This document shows, piece after piece, positions 56,978-64,000 of a DNA stretch of 64,000 nucleotides. The translations under genes were made by a program, and so were the position numbers. Within the stretch, counting starts at the first letter, position 1, and the number at the start of each line of letters is the position of its first letter. Source of the stretch: an uncultured Chloroflexia bacterium (lineage in GTDB: Bacteria > Chloroflexota > Dehalococcoidia > Dehalococcoidales > UBA2162); contig CAVSBN010000005.1 of assembly GCA_963726225.1 (NCBI GenBank), forward strand, positions 127,372 to 191,371, in the 5' to 3' direction. Under the pieces are notes generated by a model that saw only the letters and a program-made list of their open reading frames with translations, did no database searches and was not told the DNA's origin.

Positions 56978-57736
56978 ATGGCAGTTGTTGAGTATCAGAA
57001 GGAAGGCAAGATTGCTATCATCACCATCAATCGCCCGGAGGCAATGAATGCCCTTGGCATGGAGGTCCGTAAGGGACTGAATGAGGCTTACATTGACTTC
57101 CGTGATGACCCCAATGTCTGGGTGGCTATTCTTACCGGGGCAGGTGATAGGGCCTTTTCCGCTGGTGCGGATATTAAGGAATTCCGCCCGGGCCCAGCGG
57201 TTGGGGGGATAGTTGGAGAGGTGGTCGGCCCCGACCAGATTTGGAAGCCCTTCATCGCTGCCCTCAATGGCTACGCTCTCGGTGGTGGCCTCGAGTTGGC
57301 TATGCAATGTGACATCAGAATAGCCGCTGAGCATGCCCGTCTGGGTCAGCCGGAGATAAATATCGGCTTTATGCCTGGCGCTGGCGGAACACAGCGACTA
57401 CCTCGGTTTGTGCCGCGGGCGATGGCGGCCCAGATACTGCTGACGGGCGAGCCGATTGATGCCCAGGAAGCCTATCGCATTGGGTTGGTCAACAAGGTCG
57501 TACCGCTGGCCCAGCTCATGCCAACGGCCAAGCAGTGGGCTGAGACTATCTGCAAGAAGGGCCCGGCGGGCGTCAGAGCCACCAAAGAAGCGATGATTAA
57601 AGGCTATAACCTGGCTCTGGAAGAGGGCCTGAGATTAGAAAGGGAGCTGGCTAACCGCGTCAGGATGACCGAGGACTTCATGGAAGGCGCACGAGCCTTC
57701 GCCGAGAAGAGACCACCTCAATACAAAGGGAAGTAG
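56978..57736 (+). CDS. enoyl-CoA hydratase/isomerase family protein (crotonase)
   Basis: ITINRPEAMNAL, AGADIKEF, GYALGGGLELAMQCD. Confidence 0.85.
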   Translation: MAVVEYQKEGKIAIITINRPEAMNALGMEVRKGLNEAYIDFRDDPNVWVAILTGAGDRAFSAGADIKEFRPGPAVGGIVGEVVGPDQIWKPFIAALNGYALGGGLELAMQCDIRIAAEHARLGQPEINIGFMPGAGGTQRLPRFVPRAMAAQILLTGEPIDAQEAYRIGLVNKVVPLAQLMPTAKQWAETICKKGPAGVRATKEAMIKGYNLALEEGLRLERELANRVRMTEDFMEGARAFAEKRPPQYKGK

Positions 57737-57855
57737 CCCTCTACGAGAGCACTTTACCCCAAGAGGTAGGGCACTGATTATCTGAAAACCGTAGCCAACG
57801 CCTCAAGTTAGCTAGAGAGGGTAGCTTGCCTACCCTCTCTTTGGGTAGTAGTCTA

Positions 57856-59255
57856 TCATTTTTCGGGCTGCGTTAGCCGCTCTGTGCAATGCTCGGTATA
57901 AAACGGAATATTTTCCTCGATCAATCTTGTTCTTAGTTCGCAGTTCATTTTCCATTCCCAGCTATCCCACTCGTTGATGCCTAGACTCGCATCCGGCACT
58001 ACAGCCAGTAAGGGCTTTATCCGGCAGGCATTGAGGCTGTATTGCTCCTGAAGGTATTTATCTATAGTGAGGTCTGCCCCCATAAAACGGCGGTGCATAT
58101 GTCCCATTATGGCAATAAGCAGGTCAAAGTTCGGATTCTTGGCCATCATTTCCAGTCACGGTACCCACGGAAAAATCATCATTTTCTCTGATTGAAAGAT
58201 CCGCTGGATTGCTAAGCCAGTCCCATATGGAAATGCCACGGTTCTTCATTTCTTCTCTGAACTCCGGCGGCAAGGGAATCACTTCAAGCCCGGCTCTCTC
58301 ACACTCATCAGCCGCAAGAACGCTAGCACCACCAGCCCCGCCAGCTACACCGACTCTTTTACCCCTTATCGGGGGCAGGAAGCGGAAAGAGACAGCGAGG
58401 TCGATGAGTTCATCAAGAGTCTCGACGGAAACGGCTCCTGCCTGGGCAACCATGGCTTCCCATATCTGGAGTGAACCAGCCAGTGATGCCGTGTGCGAAG
58501 CGGTGGCTCTGGCTCCGGCTTGCCCTTTGCCGCCCTTTATTACAATGACTGGCTTGATGGGCGCTGTTCGCCTCAACACATCAAAGAATCTCTTGCCATC
58601 CTTAGCACCCTCAATATACATGAGGATAATCTTGGTCTCCGGGTCCTGGGCAAAGTACTCAAGGTAATCGCACTCATTGAGGTCGATGGCGTTACCATAG
58701 CTGATGGCTTTACTGAAGTAGATGCCCCTGCGTGCGGCGTTGTGGATAATCTCCCCGGCTACATTCCCGCTCTGAGAAACAAGGGCAACCGGCCCTGACT
58801 GCTTGGGGAACTCATCTTGAAAAGAAATCCCTTCTGCCGGGTAATAAACGCCCATACAGTTGGGCCCAATCAGCCGGATGCCCATATCGTTTCGCCAGCC
58901 TCAAGATTTCTTGTTCAAGTGCAGCCGCTTGGGGCCGTCCGGTCTCGCTAAAGCGGGCAGTAAAGAGATGAATGCCCTTGACACCTTTTTGAGCCGCGTC
59001 CTCTATCATTTTGAGGACCTCACGGGCGGGGACAACTGAGATAACGAAGTCAACTGCACCGGGTATATCCCTGAAGGTAGGATAGGCTTTCATACCCAGA
59101 ATCTCTGAGTATTTTGGATTCACCGGGTAAATCTTTCCCTTGTAGCCAAACTCTAAGAGGGGCTCGACAAATTGGCCACCTCTTCCCCCACCGGAAGCTC
59201 CGACTACGGCTATTGATTTCGGGTGGAGGATTTCCTCCAGAGGATGACTTGACAT
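57856..59255 (-). CDS. acyl-CoA synthetase (NDP-forming)/succinyl-CoA-ligase-alpha-like CoA-binding protein; two frame breaks (about 58870, 58140)
   Basis: KSIAVVGAS...YPVNPKY, then IGPNCMGVYYP...SQSGN, then ASHTASLAG. Three ORFs (58812-59255, 58124-58885, 57856-58149) are contiguous in sense. Confidence 0.7.
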
Positions 59256-59463
59256 AAAAGCAACCTCCTCGCATCAAAATCTGAAGAGTGATTTCAGGCT
59301 GTTCCATCTTTCACTAAAATAGTATAAAATAGGCAAACTCTAAGTGCAAAACATTAAATTAGTATATCAGGTTAACTGTTGACTGGCAAATGTGGTAGAA
59401 TGTAGGGCAAAGTCAAGCGTATCAAGCGTATAATGTATAATAAAGGATTGAGGGGAATCTGTC

Positions 59464-60427
59464 ATGACGCTAGCTCAGGGGAAAGAAGTAAAGCCAGACT
59501 GAACAGCTCAATCTAGAGTCTATCACCTGGGGTGACCTGACCTGGATTAATATCACCAAACCGACCCAACGAGAAATGGATTACCTGGCCAAAAATTTTC
59601 CTTTCCACCCCTTAGATTTGGATGACTGTCTCAGCCGTATCCAGCGCCCCAAGCTAGATGAATACAAGGACTACCTGTTTTTCATCTTCCACTTCTCAGT
59701 GTACAATCGAGCAACAAGAGTGAGCACGCATGACCAGGTGTCCGTGTTCATCGGCGATAAGTACCTGATTACTGTTCACAGTGGACAGCTTAAGACATTA
59801 GTGGAATTGTTCCGCGAGTGCCAGGTTGATGAGGAGGCGCGTCGGGAGAATCTGAGTAACGGCTCTGGCGGTCTGCTCTATCGGCTTCTCGACCGGACTG
59901 TTGATGCCTATTTCCCCATTCTGGACAAGATTCTGAGCCTAATTGAGGATACCGAGGACGCTGTATTTGACGAGAATGTGGAGGCGGCTCAGGAGGTGGC
60001 CATCTTGCGGCGTGACATTATTACGCAACGGCGCATTATGTTTCCCGTGCGGACTGTTTTCGCTGAACTGGAGAATAAGTTAAAGCGATTCACTAAGACC
60101 GATATCAGCGTCTACTACGGCGACCTCATGGACCACATGAACAAGATATGCGAGACCCTGGACGAATGCAAAGAAATCGTTGAGGTGTTCAAGGATACCG
60201 ATTTCGTTTTGAGTACCGACCGACTTAACCGCATCATGCGTATTTTGACTGTTATTGCGACTGTTCTCTTGCCTTTTTTGGCAATCTCCAGTCTTTACGG
60301 GATGAACGTGCACATGCCTGGCGGTATAACAAGTGGTAGCTGGGTGCCTTTCATTGTGATTATGGTGGTCATGGCTGTGATTGCTGCGGGCATGCTCTTA
60401 TTCTTCCGCCGTAAGCGCTGGATATAG
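59464..60427 (+). CDS. corA: magnesium/cobalt transporter CorA; frame break near 59495
   Basis: YGMNV (GMN motif) and two C-terminal TM helices. The open frame upstream of M59576 reads ..LNLESITWGDLTWINITKPTQRE. ATG 59464 is one frame off. Confidence 0.8.
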
Positions 60428-60428
60428 C

Positions 60429-61112
60429 ATGAAAGTCTCCCACCGATTTGTCATTTTGGCCGCTCTCTTTGTTACCTGCCTCATCACCGCCAATATCATT
60501 GCGGTAAAGCTCATCAGCCTCGGTCCTTTTATTTTGCCGGCCGCCATATTTGTTTTCCCCTTCAGTTATATCTTTGGTGATGTTCTAACCGAGGTCTATG
60601 GCTATCGCTGGGCCCGGCGGGTTATCTGGCTCGGCTTTCTCTGCAATCTCATCTTTGTTTTTTTCGCCTGGATTGGGCAGATTCTGCCGCCAGCCTCTTC
60701 TTGGGGCGCGCAACAGGCTTATGAGAGAATCCTTGGTTATGCCCCCCGGCTGCTGGTGGCTTCTTTTCTTGGTTACCTGGCTGGTGAGTTTGTCAACTCC
60801 TTTGTGCTGTCAAAGATGAAGATTCTGACCCGGGGCCGCTGGCTGTGGAGTCGGACGATTAGCTCTACTATCCTGGGACAAGGAGTGGATACCTCAATCT
60901 TTATCACCTTAGCCTTTATCGGCACAACATCCTTTGTCCCTATCATAATTCTGTACCACTGGCTGGCCAAGGTTGTTATTGAAGTTGTAGCGACCCCGGT
61001 GACCTACGCTGTGGTAAACTTTTTGAAGAAAAAGGAATCAGTTGATGCCTACGACTACGAAACGAACTTCAATCCGTTTGCCATATTAGATTTTGGGGGG
61101 TCAAAAGGATGA
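60429..61112 (+). CDS. yhhQ: queuosine-precursor transporter, YhhQ/DUF165 (VUT) family
   Basis: ANIIAVKL....PAAIFVFPFSYIFGDVLTEVYGY. 6 TM helices. Confidence 0.8.
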   Translation: MKVSHRFVILAALFVTCLITANIIAVKLISLGPFILPAAIFVFPFSYIFGDVLTEVYGYRWARRVIWLGFLCNLIFVFFAWIGQILPPASSWGAQQAYERILGYAPRLLVASFLGYLAGEFVNSFVLSKMKILTRGRWLWSRTISSTILGQGVDTSIFITLAFIGTTSFVPIIILYHWLAKVVIEVVATPVTYAVVNFLKKKESVDAYDYETNFNPFAILDFGGSKG

Positions 61113-61883
61113 AGGTTCAATTCCTGGGTGCCCACAACTGCGAATCGCTGGAGACCCGGCTGGTCAGCCTGCTGGTTGACGATGTTCTGGCTCTGGAGGC
61201 TGGCGGCCTCACCTCAGGTCTCTCCTTCGTCGCTCAACTTAAACTGAAGGGAATTTTGCTTACCCATGACCACTACGACCATATCAGAGACATCCCGATG
61301 CTGGGGATGAACTTGTCCCTGTCGGGCGGCGTCTGTCGGTGTTTACTCCATTACCCCCGTCTATGATGCCTTGACGGCACACTTGCTGAATGATAAGCTC
61401 TATCCTAACTACTTTAAGCGTCCTAGAAGCAATCCAGTGTTCAAGTTTATCACCGTGGAGCCACTTAAGACCTTCCAAATCGAGAACTACAGCGTCCTGG
61501 CGGTTCCGGTTAGCCATTCGGTATTGTCTGTTGGCTACCAGATTACTACGGCTGATGGTAAAACGATGTTTTATACGGGAGATACCGGGCCAGGGCTCTC
61601 CGATTGCTGGAAGTGGATATCTCCACAGCTAATTATTATTGAGGTTACAGCCTCAAATAAATTGGATGACCTTTGTCGGCGGTCAGGGCATCTTACCCCC
61701 AATCTGCTTAGGCAGGAACTGGTGACCTTCCGTGAGCTAAAGGGCTACCTCCCGCAGGTAGTCACTGTCCATATGAGTCCCGATGCTGGAAGAGGAGATA
61801 CGGCCAGAAATTACCGCGCGTGGCTAAGGACTTAAATTGCCACGATTACCCTCGCTCACGAAGGGATGGAGCTTCGCCTGTAA
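61109..61883 (+). CDS. MBL-fold metallo-hydrolase; several frame breaks (about 61330, 61785-61850)
   Basis: ILLTHDHYDHIRD (HxHxDH motif). Later pieces read ...VPVSHSV..., MFYTGDTGP and HMSP. The C-terminus is reconstructable as ..VAKDLNC.ITLAHEGMELRL*. Confidence 0.6.
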
Positions 61884-61888
61884 CGGAT

Positions 61889-62356
61889 ATGAGATTCATC
61901 GTTGACAGTAATGTCGGCAAAATCGCCAAGTGGCTGAGATTGATGGGTTTCGATGCCGTGTTTTTCAACGGCCAGGACGATTCCGAGATGATATTGACTG
62001 CCCTGGCGGAAGACCGGGTCATACTGACCCGGGATACTCAACTGATGAAATGGGGAGTCATCACCAGCGGTCGACTCAGGGCTATCCTTATTGAAAGTGA
62101 TGAGGCGGAGTCACAGGTACGCCAGGTAATAAAGGAACTAAACCTCGATTCACAGATTAAGCCGTTCAGCATTTGTCTTGAATGCAATCAGCCTCTAAAA
62201 GAAGTCAGTCAGAAAGAGGTTGAGGACAGGGTGCCGCCCTATGTCTACCGAACACAAAGCCAGTTCATGGAATGTCCCAACTGCCACCGAATCTACTGGC
62301 GGGGAACCCACTGGCAGGCCATGCTTAAGAAGCTGGATAAGCTCCGGCGGGGTTGA
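61889..62356 (+). CDS. Mut7-C RNase domain (DUF82) protein
   Basis: MRFIVDSNVGKIAKWLRLMGFD... (PIN-like) plus a C-terminal zinc ribbon CLECN...CPNCHRIYW.GTHW. Confidence 0.75.
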   Translation: MRFIVDSNVGKIAKWLRLMGFDAVFFNGQDDSEMILTALAEDRVILTRDTQLMKWGVITSGRLRAILIESDEAESQVRQVIKELNLDSQIKPFSICLECNQPLKEVSQKEVEDRVPPYVYRTQSQFMECPNCHRIYWRGTHWQAMLKKLDKLRRG

Positions 62357-62413
62357 CCATAACCTGGGTTGCTGTTACACTTCAGATACCATTGTCCTCT
62401 TTGAGGGTTCACA

Positions 62414-63975
62414 ATGAAAATTCTGACTGCCGACCAGATGCACCAGGTAGAACAGGAATGCGCTAAGATTGGTCTACCGACCGATGTGCTGATGGAGAAT
62501 GCCGGCCGGGCTGTCGCCGAGGCGATGAAGAAAATCCTTGGCGATATCGCCAGGCAAAATATCCTGATTCTGGTCGGGCCGGGCAACAACGGCGGCGATG
62601 GGCTGGTGGCGGGGCGCTACCTGCACGACGGGGGCGCTAGAGTCAACCTGTATCTTTTCAGCCAGCGCCCGGCCGAAGACCGGAATTTCGCCCTCGTCCA
62701 GGAACGGGGCATCCCTTGGCTTGATGCCAATCAGGACGGCAATCTGAGCCAGCTTGATGACTGGTTGTCATCGGCCACGGCGGTTCTGGACGCCATCTTT
62801 GGTACGGGGAAGAGCCGGCCGCTGGCTGGTATCTTTGCCTCAGCCCTGAATAAAGTGAGTGAGGTTAGGGGGAAACGGCCGGAACTTCGTATCATTGCCC
62901 TTGACCTCCCTTCGGGGCTTGATGCTGATAGCGGTGCCGTGGACCCGGCCTGCCTCTATGCCGATAATACGATTACCCTCGGCTTCCCCAAGCCGGGCCT
63001 GTTTAATTTCCCCGGCGTGGAGAGAGCCGGCCAGATAACGGTGGTTGACATCGGCATCCCGGCACATCTGGCGAAGGAAGGGATAAGTGAACTTATCACC
63101 GACGATTGGGCCAGGTCAGTCCTGCCGCCGCGTCCCCTCACCGCTAATAAGGGAACCTTCGGCAAGGTGCTGGTGGTGGCGGGGTCAATCAACTATATCG
63201 GTGCGGCCTATCTGGCCTGTAGTGGTGCCATACGGGTGGGGGCAGGCCTGGTGACACTGGCCACCGCTACCAGCCTGCAACCGATTCTGGCATCAAAACT
63301 CACCGAGGTAACCTATTTACCTCTGCCTGAGTCCAGTCCCGGTATCCTTGCTCCGGCAGCCACCAGACTGGTGAAGCGGGCATTTGGTGAGTACAATGTC
63401 CTGCTTGTCGGCTGTGGGCTGGGGCAAAGTCAGTCCGCCACAGGTTTAGTCAGGTCGATCCTTTCTCGAGTTGAAGACTGGGCCAGCTATCGCTAGTTGT
63501 TGACGCCGACGGGCTGAATACCCTGGCCAAAGTGCGACGCTGGTGGCGAAGGCTGACCGGCGATGCTATACTTACTCCGCACCCGGGTGAAATGGCACGG
63601 CTGACCGGTATGTCTATAGACGAGGTACAGTCGGACATACTGGGCGTGGCCAAAAAGGCGGCGCAGGAGTGGCACAAGACAGTCGTGCTTAAGGGAGCTT
63701 ATACCGTTATTGCCGCGCCGGATGGAAGGTCGATGGTCCGGCCCTTCGCCAACCCCGGGCTGGCCTCGGCCGGGACAGGCGATGTCCTCGCCGGGGTTAT
63801 TGCTGGCCTGGCAGCGCAGGGAGTGCCTCTTTTTGAGGCGGCGGCCTGCGGTGTTTACCTGCACGGCAAAGCTGGTGAAATGGTTAAGGATAAGCTGGGT
63901 GACGCTGGCATGGTCGCCAGCGACCTTCTGCCAGCCTTGCCGCTGGTTATTAAGCAACTCAAAGAAAAGTCATGA
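62414..63975 (+). CDS. nnr: bifunctional NAD(P)H-hydrate repair enzyme Nnr (epimerase/dehydratase); frame break(s) near 63480-63530
   Basis: N-terminal YjeF_N domain (VGPGNNGGDGLV). C-terminal carbohydrate-kinase domain (GKVLVVAGS..Y.GAAYLA, VVDADGLN, TPHPGEM, GTGDVLAG). Confidence 0.8.
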
Positions 63976-64000
63976 CCGTTTAGTAGGAGGGGGATTATGC

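Noticed and set aside
1-64000. Genome-wide UGA reassignment (genetic code 4 or 25) as the explanation for in-frame TGAs.
   Set aside because: TGA cleanly terminates many well-defined genes here, including thi4, sufC, dnaB, nifU, tatC and the dnaD-like gene. Only three in-frame TGAs join same-frame ORFs, and two of those sit exactly at redox or catalytic Cys positions.

Overview
This 64-kb window looks like a chromosomal segment from an anaerobic bacterium. The gene content suggests Chloroflexota/Dehalococcoidia, but that is inference only. Coding density is about 90%.

Main content:
- A complete selenium-utilisation locus: selD (itself UGA/Sec-encoded), tRNA-Sec, selB, selA, two TusA/YedF-like genes and yedE.
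- Directly downstream on the same strand as selD, an Rrf2 regulator gene, cysK, a membrane-protein gene and a long sulfur-transfer operon: nifS-like, PurM-like, CoA-binding, mnmA, MOSC, fdhD, nadA.
- A second Fe-S/sulfur-relay cluster (nifS, nifU, Zn-ribbon, DsrE-like, TusA) next to copA and a YHS-domain gene.
- A SUF / oxidative-stress operon.
- A TPP riboswitch with thiC and a His-type thi4.
- A replication cluster: rplI, dnaB, a dnaD-like gene, a tandem-duplicated dnaC-like gene and an HNH gene.
- tatAC, an ABC-2/GldG-like exporter, oppDF, and CoA-metabolism genes.

Main non-obvious signals:
1. Two selenoprotein genes whose in-frame TGA splits them in the ORF track: selD, and an uncalled UxxC glutaredoxin-like gene.
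2. A 47-nt duplicate of the tRNA-Sec 3' half lying 1.9 kb downstream of the tRNA. This is an att-like scar bracketing a small cargo cassette.
3. A family of 170-280-bp MITE-like intergenic elements (4 to 5 copies). They have about 20-bp terminal inverted repeats and internal hairpins with a conserved AAGAG...CTCTT base.
4. A promoter, uORF and intrinsic terminator forming a leader immediately upstream of yedE.
5. A DnaC-like loader with two AAA+ modules, interrupted by an in-frame TGA.

Caveat: about 30 single-nucleotide frame breaks, many in short homopolymer runs, interrupt otherwise conserved genes, including rplI, selA, selB and selD. I interpret these as assembly or consensus indels rather than pseudogenisation, so I give full-span coordinates for those genes.
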